This document shows positions 39,238-49,374 of a stretch of 64,000 bases of DNA, piece by piece (position 1 is the first letter of the stretch; the number at the start of each line of letters is the position of its first letter). The notes under the pieces are model-generated. The model saw only the letters and a list, made by a program, of their open reading frames with translations. It was not told the origin of the DNA and searched no databases. The DNA is taken from NCBI GenBank assembly GCA_041662125.1, contig JBAZTA010000007.1, positions 25,490-89,489 of the forward strand, in the 5' to 3' direction. Made by a program: the position numbers and the translations under genes. Source of the DNA: Candidatus Omnitrophota bacterium. GTDB lineage: Bacteria > Omnitrophota > Gorgyraeia > Gygaellales > Profunditerraquicolaceae.

Positions 39238-40470
39238 ATGAAGTTCACCAATTTTCAGAAAGAGGAATTTTCGGAAAAAGAAAAACGAAATATTGACATT
39301 TTTGAAATCCTGCGCAGGCTCGGCCCCATCAGCCGGCCGGAAATTTCTAAAGAGATCGGCATAAACGTAGTAACCATATCTAATTACATCGATGAATTTA
39401 TAAAATATAATCTCGTGTATGAAAAAGAATTAGACCGTTCTGAAGGCGGCAGGCGCCCGACACTCCTGGACTTGAACCCTCAAGGCGGCTACGTCATTGG
39501 CGTAGGCTTGAATCTTATGAATATTGTCGGCGTCTTGATAGACTTAAAAGGCAATATTATTACTAAGACGCAGATCGCCCGCCCCCGGCCGTCGGTAAAA
39601 GAGATCACGGAATGCCTCTTGCAGATCATTCGCGAGATCATCAGGCGTTCTAAAGAATATACCTCGCAGATCAAGGGGATCGGTATTGGTATCGCCGGGT
39701 TGATCAATAAAAAAGACGGCTCGATCCATTGGCCGCAAAAAATGGACCATTATTATACGTACGCGTCGGTAGACCTGCCGTTAAAAGATTTAATTGAGAG
39801 GGAGTTTAATCTCCCTGCGATGATAGAGAATGACGCTACCGGCGCCTGTTTTGGAGAATATTGGCTGGGTTCGGGTTTTGGCCTGAAGAATGTCGTTTAT
39901 ATGTTTTCAGGTGTTGGCTGCGGGATGATGGTAAACGGTGAGATTTACCGGGGTACCCAGGGGTACGCAGGAGAGGTATCCATTTATAATTATAAGGAAC
40001 AGGATGCGTTTAATTGCAGTGTAGGCAATAGTTGTTTCATGAAGCGTTGGGAAATAGACCTGGGTATTGTTGAAGATGTAAAATCTTTGCTGAATAAAGA
40101 CAAACAGGGAGCTGAGAAGTTTTTGAAATTGACTTCAGCTACTGTTGATAATGTCGACTTAAAAAGCGTTTTTATCGCTGCCCGGGCTAAAGATCCGATT
40201 GCAGTTTCTGCTTTGGACCTGGCGGCAAAACGCCTCGGGATCAAAATTGCCTCTATTGTTAATTTTCTTAATCCTGAGATGGTTGTTATTGGCGGCGGTT
40301 TAGAAGACGCGGGGGACGACTTTCTTAATAAAGTTACTTCAACGGTTAAAGAATGGGCGTTCAGGGAGATTGTTGAAGATTTGAAAATCGTTTATTCACA
40401 ATTGCGGGAAAACGCAGTTGCTTTAGGTGCGGCAAGCTTAGTTATGCAGCGGGTGTTTGCGAAATTATAA
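39238..40470 (+). CDS. ROK-family transcriptional regulator (HTH + sugar-kinase fold)
   Basis: N-terminal wHTH (ILRRLGPISRPEISKEIGINVVTISNYIDEF) followed by a ROK/glucokinase-like domain (GIGIAGLIN..., GAASLV). A promoter-like TTGACT-N17-TATAAA lies at ~39162-39190. Confidence 0.8.
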   Translation: MKFTNFQKEEFSEKEKRNIDIFEILRRLGPISRPEISKEIGINVVTISNYIDEFIKYNLVYEKELDRSEGGRRPTLLDLNPQGGYVIGVGLNLMNIVGVLIDLKGNIITKTQIARPRPSVKEITECLLQIIREIIRRSKEYTSQIKGIGIGIAGLINKKDGSIHWPQKMDHYYTYASVDLPLKDLIEREFNLPAMIENDATGACFGEYWLGSGFGLKNVVYMFSGVGCGMMVNGEIYRGTQGYAGEVSIYNYKEQDAFNCSVGNSCFMKRWEIDLGIVEDVKSLLNKDKQGAEKFLKLTSATVDNVDLKSVFIAARAKDPIAVSALDLAAKRLGIKIASIVNFLNPEMVVIGGGLEDAGDDFLNKVTSTVKEWAFREIVEDLKIVYSQLRENAVALGAASLVMQRVFAKL

Positions 40471-40574
40471 AGATCGATATTAGGCGATATCCTCGGCCTT
40501 AAAAGCAGTTCGACTCATATAGAGTAAAGAAAACAGAAGCTTTCGGTTTTATTTATTTTAATAAGGAGGAATGA

Positions 40575-41759
40575 ATGCTGCAAAAAACAAAAGTGATACT
40601 TATTGCTCTCGCAGCTTTTTTGGTGATAAGTGTTTTTATGAATTTGCAAACAATCCGTTCGCAAAAAATCACTGAAGATGAACTTACTGGCGCCAAGAAA
40701 GAAAATGCAGCATTAAATAAACAGGTTGATGATTTGGCCCAAAAGAGCAGCAGTTTTGAAAAACAGGTTGGGTCCTTGCGGGAAGACATCAGAAAGATCT
40801 CTCTTGAAAAAGATTCGGTCAATGAAAAATACAAGATGCTTGTGCAGGAAAAAGATGATTTGGTAAAGCAATTAAAGGCAAAAGCTGTCGCTGAAAAAGC
40901 GCAAACCCAGAAACAGGAGTCTCCCCAGCAGTCGTCTGCTACGGGGGTTGGAGATACCTATTGGGCGGGTATTTTAAAGGAGAAGGCTACGATAGTATTG
41001 CAGCTTGAGACTGTGCGGTCTGAGTTGCGAAAAGCCCAGATCAACAACGAACAGCTGCGCCGGGAAAGAAACAATATAGATTTTGATGTCAAGGACCTGA
41101 ACCGCAAAAATCAGGAATTAAAACAGCAGGCTGAATATAATCAAAAAGTAACGGATACGTTAAGCCAGGAAATGGTGCGGGAAAAGAACGAAAAAATGAT
41201 CATAGAAAATGATGCTAAGGTTATTAAAAGCGAAAATGCCGCTTTGCGCAGGCAGTTAAAAGCGCTCACTGACCATAAGATTGGGCTGGAAAGAAAAGTC
41301 ACTGAGCTTCAGGAAAAAAGCAGTATGTTGCAGAATGATTATAATAAGCTGGAAAGCGACGTAAAGGATAAATTAAGCCAGATCGATGTGGTAAAAGAAC
41401 AATTAGGGATAGGCGCTCAAGCAGCAGGGTCAATGGAAAACCAGAATATCGTTAAAGAAACAAAAGATTCAGTGGAATTGCCTCCGATAGTTGTGCGGCC
41501 TCAATCGGCGCTGGAGTCAATGCCTTCTGGCGGCACTGTTTTCCAAAAAGGTGAAGTCTTGCTGGTGAATAGGGAAAATAATTTTGTCATTGTTAATTTG
41601 GGAGAGGATACCGGGATCAAGGTGGGCGATGTCTTGACCGTGTATCGGGATGACGGCGCGATTGCTATGCTTGAAGCCATCCAAATACGCAAGAATTTCT
41701 CCGCTTGTGATATAAAGAAAGAAGATTCATCGGTTAAAGTAGGCGATAGGGTTAAGTAG
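40575..41759 (+). CDS. hypothetical membrane-anchored coiled-coil protein
   Basis: N-terminal TM segment, about 280 aa of heptad-rich E/K/Q sequence, and a ~80-aa C-terminal beta-rich domain (GEVLLVNRENNFVIVNLGEDTGIKVGDVLTVYRDDG...). Confidence 0.4.
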   Translation: MLQKTKVILIALAAFLVISVFMNLQTIRSQKITEDELTGAKKENAALNKQVDDLAQKSSSFEKQVGSLREDIRKISLEKDSVNEKYKMLVQEKDDLVKQLKAKAVAEKAQTQKQESPQQSSATGVGDTYWAGILKEKATIVLQLETVRSELRKAQINNEQLRRERNNIDFDVKDLNRKNQELKQQAEYNQKVTDTLSQEMVREKNEKMIIENDAKVIKSENAALRRQLKALTDHKIGLERKVTELQEKSSMLQNDYNKLESDVKDKLSQIDVVKEQLGIGAQAAGSMENQNIVKETKDSVELPPIVVRPQSALESMPSGGTVFQKGEVLLVNRENNFVIVNLGEDTGIKVGDVLTVYRDDGAIAMLEAIQIRKNFSACDIKKEDSSVKVGDRVK

Positions 41760-41792
41760 TCCTTTTATTCCCAGAGTTAGGTTTTCATATAC

Positions 41793-42815
41793 ATGGTACG
41801 CGAAAAAAAAGAACCCTCTTCTAATCAAGCTGCTTCCATCACTGATGTCGCGCGGGCTGCAGGAGTATCGATCAGTACTGTCTCCCGGGTGATCAATAAC
41901 GACCCCGGCGTCAAAGAAAAAAACCGTATCAAAGTTAAAGAAGCCGTTAAGAAATTTAAATTTCAGCCTTCAGTCTACGCGCAACGGCTGGCCTCAGGCA
42001 AAAGTAATGTTGTTGCCTTGGTTATGCCCCGCTATGAAGGCATCTTTTATTCGTTCTATGCTTTGGAATTGATCCGCGGTATTGGTACACTCTGCAGTAT
42101 ATTAAAACTGGATCTTTTATTGCATTTGACTGACGCGCGTTCCTCCCTGAACCTGAAAGGTATCGGCGGAGTGATCTTTGCCGATGTGATCGGAAACCGC
42201 CATCAATTAGAAGAAGCAATTAATGCCTCTATTTCGTCTATCGTTATCAATAACCGCGTTGAAGATTTGGAAGTGGACAGTATTTCTGTTGATAATGTGA
42301 AAGGGGCAGAGGATGCTGTTGACTATCTGGTAGGCTTAGGCCATCGTAAGATCGCGCATATCAGCGGAGATCTGATCACGCAAGCCGCCGTCCAGCGGCT
42401 TGAAGGGTATAAACGGTCGCTTAAGAAGAATGATATCGTTTTTAACGAAAGCTATTGTATTAAAACCGACTATTCCCGCGGGCAGGCGCGCCTGGCGGCG
42501 GAAAAACTGCTTAAAATGGATCAGCCTCCGACCGCGATCTTTATCGCGTCGGACTCCATGGCCCTTGAAGTAATGACCGTCGTTAAAGAAGCGGGTAAAC
42601 ATGTGCCTGCTGATGTATCGATCGTTGGCTTTGACGATAACCCTTCCGGGCTTTATGGGCCGGTTGCGTTAACTACCGTAAGGCAGCCTTTGATCAAGAT
42701 GGCCGAAGAAAGTGTTAAACGGCTTGCTCAGATCATGTCGAAAAAGAAAACTAAAATAGAAAAGCTTGTTCTTCCCGCGGAATTGGTGATCAGGGATTCC
42801 TGCCAGCCGCCTTAG
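41793..42815 (+). CDS. LacI-family transcriptional regulator
   Basis: HTH_LacI motif (ASITDVARAAGVSISTVSRVINN) plus a periplasmic-binding-fold effector domain. Confidence 0.85.
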   Translation: MVREKKEPSSNQAASITDVARAAGVSISTVSRVINNDPGVKEKNRIKVKEAVKKFKFQPSVYAQRLASGKSNVVALVMPRYEGIFYSFYALELIRGIGTLCSILKLDLLLHLTDARSSLNLKGIGGVIFADVIGNRHQLEEAINASISSIVINNRVEDLEVDSISVDNVKGAEDAVDYLVGLGHRKIAHISGDLITQAAVQRLEGYKRSLKKNDIVFNESYCIKTDYSRGQARLAAEKLLKMDQPPTAIFIASDSMALEVMTVVKEAGKHVPADVSIVGFDDNPSGLYGPVALTTVRQPLIKMAEESVKRLAQIMSKKKTKIEKLVLPAELVIRDSCQPP

Positions 42816-42935
42816 TTCCTCGTAACTTGAGTCATTCGGTTTATAATCGCGCAACGAATAATGCAAAATATGGTAATTTAATACTATCTGTTGTGCCTTC
42901 TCGTTAGTTGTATACTATATATTGTATCTTTTCTC

Positions 42936-42963
42936 TTGACAAGAAATACGCGGGTGTTATACT
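42936..42963 (+). promoter_or_regulatory. sigma70-like promoter upstream of nrdJ (TTGACA-N16-TATACT)
   Basis: TTGACA at 42936-42941 and TATACT at 42958-42963. A candidate NrdR-box-like 16-mer ATACTATATATTGTAT at 42912-42927 lies immediately upstream. Confidence 0.4.
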
Positions 42964-43038
42964 GATTTTTACAGGGCACGGAATTATTTAATAATCGTGA
43001 GAGGTAGGAAAAAATTTCCTATTAAAACCGGAGGGAGC

Positions 43039-45330
43039 ATGGGGATAAAACTTTCTGAGAATGCCTTAAAGGTATTAGAAAGAAGATATCTGAAAAGAGA
43101 CCCGTCAGGAAAAGTTGTTGAAACTCCAGAGGAAATGTTTCACCGCGTGGCAAAGGCGATCGCTTTGGCTGATAAGGATTATGGCCAGGACGAGAAAGAA
43201 ATCGTCAAATTAGAGGATGATTTCTATCGGATCATGTCTTCTTTAGAATTTGTGCCGAATTCTCCTTGTCTTATGAATGCCGGCAAGGAGTTGGGCCAGC
43301 TGAGCGCTTGTTTTACGCTTCCTATTGAGGATGCGATGGAGTCGATCTTTGAAACGCTTAAGTCCACCAGCCTTATCCATAAATCAGGCGGGGGAACCGG
43401 TTTTTCTTTTTCCCGCCTTCGCCCTAAAAACGCCGTGGTAAAAACAACCGGAGGTGTTGCTTCAGGCCCGATATCATTTATGAAAGTTTATGATGCGGCG
43501 ACTGAAGCAGTAAAGCAGGGGGGCACGCGCCGGGGAGCTAATATGGGTATTTTACGGGTCGACCATCCTGATATCTTAGAGTTTATAACCTGTAAAGAAA
43601 ACAACAAGCTCATTACAAATTTTAATATTTCCGTCGCTATCACTGACGAATTTATGGAGAGCCTGGAGGCCGGCAAGTCCTATGACCTCATGGATCCTCA
43701 TACCAATAAACCGGTTCAGAAGATAAGCGCCAAAGAGGTATTTGATTTAATCGTAAAACAGGCGCATAAGAACGGGGAACCGGGCGTTATTTTTATCGAC
43801 CGTATTAATGAATATAATCCGACGCCGAAATTGGGAATGATCGAAAGTACTAATCCCTGCGGTGAACAACCGCTCCTGCCGTATGAAAGCTGTGATTTAG
43901 GGTCTCTTAATTTGGACCGCATGTATAAAAAGAAAAATGCCGGTTATGAGGTTGATTGGGATAAATTAAGAGAAATCACCCGGCTTGCGGTGTGTTTCCT
44001 TGATAATCTTATCGATGTCAATAAGTTCCCCTTGCCGCAGATCGAGAAAGCGACTAAATTGACGCGTAAGATCGGTTTAGGGGTTATGGGATGGGCAAGC
44101 CTGCTTATCCGCCTGGGTATACCGTATAATAGCGATGAAGCAGTCCTCTTGGCTGAAAAGTTAATGGCATTCATTCTTGATGAGTCAGTTAAGAAATCAC
44201 AAGAGTTAGCCCGTGAAAAAGGCGTTTTTCCCGCATATAAAGGAAGTACGTGGGAAAAAGAAGGTGTTTCTATCCGCAACGCAACCCTAACTACTATTGC
44301 TCCGACGGGAACTATTAGTATTATCGCCGGGCCTTGTTCATCAGGAGTCGAGCCGCTTTTTGCGATCGTGTATTACCGTAATGTCATGGATAATGATAAG
44401 CTGGTTGAAGTAGAGCCTTTGTTTGAGGCAGTGGCTCGTCAACGAGGGTTTTATAGCCGGGAATTAATGGAAAAGATCGCTGAAACCGGCTCTCTGCATA
44501 ATATCGAAGGCATCCCGGAAGATGTTAAGAAAATGTTTGTTACCGCACATGATATTGCTCCTGAATGGCATGTCAAGATGCAGGCGGCATTTCAGAAATA
44601 TACCCATAACGCGGTTTCAAAGACCATCAATTTCCCTCATGAAGCCTGCCTTGATGATGTGCGTAAAGCCTACTTGTTAGCCTATACGTTAGATTGTAAA
44701 GGGATCACGGTCTATCGTGATAGAAGCAGGGAAGAACAAGTCCTTAATATTGCATATAAACAGCCTGCGGTAATAGCCCAGGAATCAAAGCTGGAAGTGG
44801 GAAAGATTGCCCCTCGGCCCCGTCCTGAGGTGATCACCGGAACGACCACAAAAGTATCTACCGGCTGTGGTAATTTATATGTAACGATCAATATTGATGA
44901 AGAAGGAAAGCCTTTTGAGCTTTTTACTCAGATGGGTAAGGCCGGAGGGTGTGCTGCGTCTCAGCTTGAAGCTCTCGGCCGGCTGGTGTCGCTGGCGTTT
45001 CGTTCGGGAATAGAGGTTAAATCGATCATTGAGCAGCTGCGGAATATCCGCTGTCCTTCGCCTTCGTGGGAAAAAGGACAGAGGATATTTTCTTGTTCCG
45101 ACGCTATTGCCCGGGTAGTCGAACGAAGGCTGATTAATGGGCATCTTCATCTCCATGCATCTTCCCTGGAAATCGAAAGCAAGGCTATGAAGCATTCCTA
45201 TGTTGAAGAATCCAGTACTGATATGAAATCGCGCGGGGATATCGTTGGCGTCTGTCCTGATTGCGGAGGGGCTTTACGCCATGAAGAAGGTTGTGTGAAA
45301 TGTCAGGCGTGCGGTTTTTCCAAATGTTAA
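43039..45330 (+). CDS. nrdJ: adenosylcobalamin-dependent ribonucleotide reductase, class II
   Basis: Class II RNR motifs (PCLMNAG, STNPCGEQPL). C-terminal Cys-rich zinc-ribbon tail (CPDCGG...CVKCQACGF). The ATG at 43039 is preceded by GGAGGGAG. The ORF-track start is the GTG at 42997. Confidence 0.85.
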   Translation: MGIKLSENALKVLERRYLKRDPSGKVVETPEEMFHRVAKAIALADKDYGQDEKEIVKLEDDFYRIMSSLEFVPNSPCLMNAGKELGQLSACFTLPIEDAMESIFETLKSTSLIHKSGGGTGFSFSRLRPKNAVVKTTGGVASGPISFMKVYDAATEAVKQGGTRRGANMGILRVDHPDILEFITCKENNKLITNFNISVAITDEFMESLEAGKSYDLMDPHTNKPVQKISAKEVFDLIVKQAHKNGEPGVIFIDRINEYNPTPKLGMIESTNPCGEQPLLPYESCDLGSLNLDRMYKKKNAGYEVDWDKLREITRLAVCFLDNLIDVNKFPLPQIEKATKLTRKIGLGVMGWASLLIRLGIPYNSDEAVLLAEKLMAFILDESVKKSQELAREKGVFPAYKGSTWEKEGVSIRNATLTTIAPTGTISIIAGPCSSGVEPLFAIVYYRNVMDNDKLVEVEPLFEAVARQRGFYSRELMEKIAETGSLHNIEGIPEDVKKMFVTAHDIAPEWHVKMQAAFQKYTHNAVSKTINFPHEACLDDVRKAYLLAYTLDCKGITVYRDRSREEQVLNIAYKQPAVIAQESKLEVGKIAPRPRPEVITGTTTKVSTGCGNLYVTINIDEEGKPFELFTQMGKAGGCAASQLEALGRLVSLAFRSGIEVKSIIEQLRNIRCPSPSWEKGQRIFSCSDAIARVVERRLINGHLHLHASSLEIESKAMKHSYVEESSTDMKSRGDIVGVCPDCGGALRHEEGCVKCQACGFSKC

Positions 45331-45356
45331 ATAAGTTTTGATGTGAAACAAGCGCA

Positions 45357-45400
45357 AAGGACAAGGATATTGTAAGCCTTGTCCTTTATGCTTTTATTTT
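45357..45400 (+). terminator. rho-independent terminator after nrdJ
   Basis: AAAGGACAAGG-atattgtaag-CCTTGTCCTTT followed by atgcttttatttt. Confidence 0.6.
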
Positions 45401-45525
45401 AGCCGCACACCTCGCCTTAATTGGAAAGGCAAGTGTCTGCTTTCTGCCGCAGCAAGCGGCACACCCGCGCAATTCCGAATAGCGCGGGGTGTATAACCAT
45501 TGATAACCTAATACGTATTCCTCGT

Positions 45526-46809
45526 ATGAAAAAAATCATCTACATTATTCTCGACGGTATCGCTGACCAGCCAATAAAAGAATTAGATAATAAAACTCCT
45601 CTTGAAGCGGCAGTAACGCCTCAGATGGACCTCCTTGCTCAAAAAGGTGTTACGGGCATGGTTTATCCTATGGGTAAAAATATTGTTCCGCAATCTGATA
45701 CTGCAGTGATCAGTATTTTAGGCTATGATCATCAGCGCTATTATACCGGCAGAGGCCCTTTGGAAGCTTTCGCGGAAGGTGTGCCGATGAGCGCGGGAAA
45801 TTTAGCCTTGCGGGCGACTTTTGCCTGTGTTGAACCGGATGGCCAGACCTTAAAAGACCGCAGGGCCGGAAGGAATCTGACGGTTAATGAAGCTGCCGCG
45901 CTTGCGCAGGAAATCAATGTTAAAGTTTCCTTATCGAACGCGACATTCGAATTTAAGCATACGGTCGGCCATTGGGGCGTCTTGGTCGTTCGCGGAATGC
46001 ATGCAAAGTTGTCAGGATGGATCACAAATACCGATCCTGCCTATGAACGCGTGGGAAGTTTTAGCCGTCCCCGGGAAAAAGCGCTCTCTGTGATACCTCA
46101 AGCTGTTCCCATGGCAGGGCATGAGGATTCACTTGAAGCGCAAGAAGCAGCAAACCTTTTAAATGAATTTACGCAGAAATCACAGAAGGTCTTGAATGAA
46201 TCAGTGATCAACAAAAAAAGGATCAGTGAGAATAAAATGCCTGCGAATATTATTTTATCCCGTGACGCAGGAGATGCCCTTCCGCAGTTCCCCGATATTA
46301 ATAGTAAGTATAACATGAAGTTTGGTTGTTTTGTTCAAATGCCGGTAGAGCGGGGGATCGCCCTTTTGACCGGCATGGAGATCATCGCAATGCCTTCTTC
46401 GACTGGCCATTTAGATGTGGATTATCAGATTTGGGCAAAAATTGCGCGTGATGCGCTTCAGCGTTATGACGGGATCTATATTCATATTAAAGGGCCGGAT
46501 GAGGCAGGCCACGACGGAGATCATGCAAGGAAAAAGGAAGTCATCGAGTTGATAGATAAATTCTTTTTCGCCAACCTTATCCCTCATCTTAATCTGAAAG
46601 ATTTCATTGTCGCGGTAACTGCGGATCATGCGACAGTTTGTGCCTGTCGGGCTCATTCAGATGACCCCGTGCCTATTTTAATCGCGGGAGGAAAGCTCAA
46701 GCCTGATGGTTCAATGAGTTTTTCTGAGAAGGCTGCTCATCTTGGTTCCCTGGGGGAGATCAAGGGAACGGATATTATTTCCCTCCTGGTGAAGTTTGCC
46801 CAAAACTAA
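45526..46809 (+). CDS. apgM: cofactor-independent phosphoglycerate mutase, archaeal type (ApgM family)
   Basis: MKKIIYIILDGIADQP... and ...GPDEAGHDGD...VTADHAT are metalloenzyme-superfamily motifs characteristic of the archaeal-type iPGM. The ORF-track start at 45421 is an upstream over-extension through structured leader sequence. Confidence 0.8.
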   Translation: MKKIIYIILDGIADQPIKELDNKTPLEAAVTPQMDLLAQKGVTGMVYPMGKNIVPQSDTAVISILGYDHQRYYTGRGPLEAFAEGVPMSAGNLALRATFACVEPDGQTLKDRRAGRNLTVNEAAALAQEINVKVSLSNATFEFKHTVGHWGVLVVRGMHAKLSGWITNTDPAYERVGSFSRPREKALSVIPQAVPMAGHEDSLEAQEAANLLNEFTQKSQKVLNESVINKKRISENKMPANIILSRDAGDALPQFPDINSKYNMKFGCFVQMPVERGIALLTGMEIIAMPSSTGHLDVDYQIWAKIARDALQRYDGIYIHIKGPDEAGHDGDHARKKEVIELIDKFFFANLIPHLNLKDFIVAVTADHATVCACRAHSDDPVPILIAGGKLKPDGSMSFSEKAAHLGSLGEIKGTDIISLLVKFAQN

Positions 46810-46834
46810 CAATAGTATGAATGAGGGGAAATTG

Positions 46835-48706
46835 ATGGATAATTACGATAGTATTGTTGTTGGCGCAGGGCATGCTGGTATTGAAGCTGCACTTGCCTGC
46901 GCGCGGATGGGGGCAAAGACGCTTATGGTAACTTTGAATGCCCGTACCATCGGCCTTATGAGTTGTAATCCTGCCATTGGCGGCGTGGGAAAAGGACAGT
47001 TGGTTAAAGAAATTGACGCCTTAGGTGGTCAGATGGGCAAAGCTGCTGATGCCTGTGGTATCCAATTCAGGGTGCTGAATGCTTCCAAGGGCCCGGCAGT
47101 GCAGTCTAGCCGCGCGCAGATCGATATGGACCTTTATAACAGTTACATGTGTTCGGTTGTTAAGAACCAGGAACATCTGCATGTTATAGAAGGTGAGGTC
47201 GTCCGTTTATTGATTGAGGGGATGACTGTCAAAGGAGTTTTTCTGGAGCCTCAGGGGCACGTTACTGCGCGGGCAGTTATTATTTGCCCCGGGACGTTCC
47301 TTGATGGATTGATCCATGTGGGCTTAACGCATATGCAGGGGGGCAGGATCAATGAAAAGGCAAGCGTTGGTTTAGCAGTACATTTCAAGGAATTAGGGTT
47401 TGAGCTTTTACGGTTTAAAACCGGCACTTGTCCTCGCCTGGATAAGCGTTCAATCGATTTCTCAAAGTTGATACTCCAGCATGGGGATGATCCACCGAAA
47501 CCATTTTCTTTTTCCACCGCATCAATAACGCAAAAACAACTCCCCTGTTATATTACCTATACCAATAAGAAAACCCACAAGATCATCAAGGAAAATTTAG
47601 ATAAATCTCCCTTATATGCCGGTATTATTAAAGCAACCGGTGTGCGGTATTGCCCTTCGATCGAGGACAAGATCGTTAAGTTCGAGGATAGGGTGCGCCA
47701 TCAGGTTTTTCTGGAGCCGCAAGGGGTTAAGAGCGAAGCGGTTTATCCTAATGGGTTATCTACCAGTTTGCCGCAGGATGTGCAACTTAAAATCCTGCAT
47801 TCCATTGAAGGTCTGGAGAAGGCAGAAGTTATACGTTACGGCTATGGGATAGAACATTCGGTAGTTGATGCCACTCAGCTTTATCCGAGCCTGGAGACGA
47901 AATTGATCAAGAATCTTTATCTGGCCGGCCAGATAAATGGGACTACCGGTTATGAAGAAGCAGCCGCGCAAGGGTTAATCGCCGGTATAAACGCAGCATT
48001 ACGGATAAAAGATAAAGAGCCTTTGGTGCTTGACCGTTCAACCAGTTATATCGGCGTATTGCTTGATGATCTCACGACCAAAGGCACTCCAGAGCCGTAC
48101 CGTATGTTTACCTCCCGTGTTGAATACCGCCTTATTATACGTGAAGATAATGCTGACTTGCGGCTCAGGAAAATCGGTTATCAGGCAGGGTTAGTATCGA
48201 AGGATGATTGGCAGAAGGCAGAAGAAAAATCTGAAGCAATTGAGCGGGGGATAAAGATTTTAAAGAGCACCAAACTCAGGCCGTCTACGGAAATTAATGC
48301 CTGCCTGGAACGTTTGAGCATACCACCGATCAAGAGAGTATTTACGTTTGAGGAAATGCTCAAGCGGCCGCAAATAGATATTGAGCAGCTCAAAAGCTTA
48401 TGGTTGGATAAACTAAAAATTCCAGAGAATGCTTTAAAACAAATAGAAATTGAGGTAAAATATAGTGGATTTATAAAGCGGCAGATCTCGGAAGTGGAGA
48501 AATTCAAACATTTGGAAAAAGTACGCCTGCCTGATGGCTTAGGTTTCGCGGATATTCCCGGTTTGTCGAGGGAGATAAAAGAAAAACTCAGCAGGTTTAA
48601 ACCTTTGAATCTTGGGCAGGCATCACGTATTTCAGGAGTAACTCCGGTAGCAATTTCTCTTTTGATGGTCTACTTGAAGAAATTCAGGGAAAAAAACAGG
48701 GTATGA
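46835..48706 (+). CDS. mnmG: tRNA uridine-5-carboxymethylaminomethyl(34) synthesis enzyme MnmG (GidA)
   Basis: MDNYDSIVVGAGHAGIEAA FAD-binding N-terminus and full-length MnmG similarity. The start is uncertain among 46796, 46817 and 46835. GAGGGG precedes the ATG at 46835. Confidence 0.9.
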   Translation: MDNYDSIVVGAGHAGIEAALACARMGAKTLMVTLNARTIGLMSCNPAIGGVGKGQLVKEIDALGGQMGKAADACGIQFRVLNASKGPAVQSSRAQIDMDLYNSYMCSVVKNQEHLHVIEGEVVRLLIEGMTVKGVFLEPQGHVTARAVIICPGTFLDGLIHVGLTHMQGGRINEKASVGLAVHFKELGFELLRFKTGTCPRLDKRSIDFSKLILQHGDDPPKPFSFSTASITQKQLPCYITYTNKKTHKIIKENLDKSPLYAGIIKATGVRYCPSIEDKIVKFEDRVRHQVFLEPQGVKSEAVYPNGLSTSLPQDVQLKILHSIEGLEKAEVIRYGYGIEHSVVDATQLYPSLETKLIKNLYLAGQINGTTGYEEAAAQGLIAGINAALRIKDKEPLVLDRSTSYIGVLLDDLTTKGTPEPYRMFTSRVEYRLIIREDNADLRLRKIGYQAGLVSKDDWQKAEEKSEAIERGIKILKSTKLRPSTEINACLERLSIPPIKRVFTFEEMLKRPQIDIEQLKSLWLDKLKIPENALKQIEIEVKYSGFIKRQISEVEKFKHLEKVRLPDGLGFADIPGLSREIKEKLSRFKPLNLGQASRISGVTPVAISLLMVYLKKFREKNRV

Positions 48707-49374
48707 ATAAAACAAATAATTACTATCCTCAACTTAAAAAATTCTGTTTAGAAAAAGGGCTTGATTTATTCGGCGTTGCCGATATAGAGGCGATGAAACA
48801 TGAATTTGTCCTTTCTCAAAAAGCAATAAAGGGAATGGATCGAGCGGTTTGTGTGGCGGTCAGGCTCTCTTCCGGAGTCTTGGAAGAAATTGTCGATGCT
48901 CCCACGCGGTTGTATTTTCATCACTATCGTTGCGCCAATACTTTTCTTGACCAGGCGGCATTTCAGCTGAGCCAATATATCCAAAGAAAAGGGTATCGGG
49001 CTCTGCCGATCCCTGCTTCACAAATAGTCGATTGGCAAAAACAAACAGCGCATCTTTCGCATAAGAAAGTTGCGTTGTTGGCAGGTTTGGGCTGGTTGGG
49101 CAGAAATAACCTGGTAGTTAACAAAAAACTGGGGGCGCAATTCCGGCTGGCAACCATTTTGACTGATATGCCGCTTAAGGCTGATAAGCCATCGGCTGAT
49201 ACTTGTGGAACATGCCGGGTGTGCGTTGCAGCCTGTCCTGCCGGTGCGATCAAAGAAAACGCAATTGATTTTGATCATCAGAGATGCTTTGAGAAATTAA
49301 AGGATTTTCAGAAACAGAGATTAGTGGACCAATTTATCTGCGGGGTATGTGTCACAAACTGCAAAGGTAAATAA
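48703..49374 (+). CDS. 4Fe-4S cluster protein, QueG-like (putative epoxyqueuosine reductase-related)
   Basis: CGTCRVCVAACPAG ferredoxin motif plus C-terminal CGVCVTNC. The preceding domain resembles the DUF1730/QueG N-terminal region. The start overlaps the mnmG stop (ATGA). Confidence 0.45.
   Translation: MNKTNNYYPQLKKFCLEKGLDLFGVADIEAMKHEFVLSQKAIKGMDRAVCVAVRLSSGVLEEIVDAPTRLYFHHYRCANTFLDQAAFQLSQYIQRKGYRALPIPASQIVDWQKQTAHLSHKKVALLAGLGWLGRNNLVVNKKLGAQFRLATILTDMPLKADKPSADTCGTCRVCVAACPAGAIKENAIDFDHQRCFEKLKDFQKQRLVDQFICGVCVTNCKGK

Noticed and set aside
45421-45525. N-terminal 35-codon extension of the apgM ORF (MERQVSAFCRSKRH...)
   Set aside because: The conserved ApgM N-terminus begins at MKKIIYIILDG (45526). 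The upstream stretch is hairpin-rich leader sequence with no RBS.
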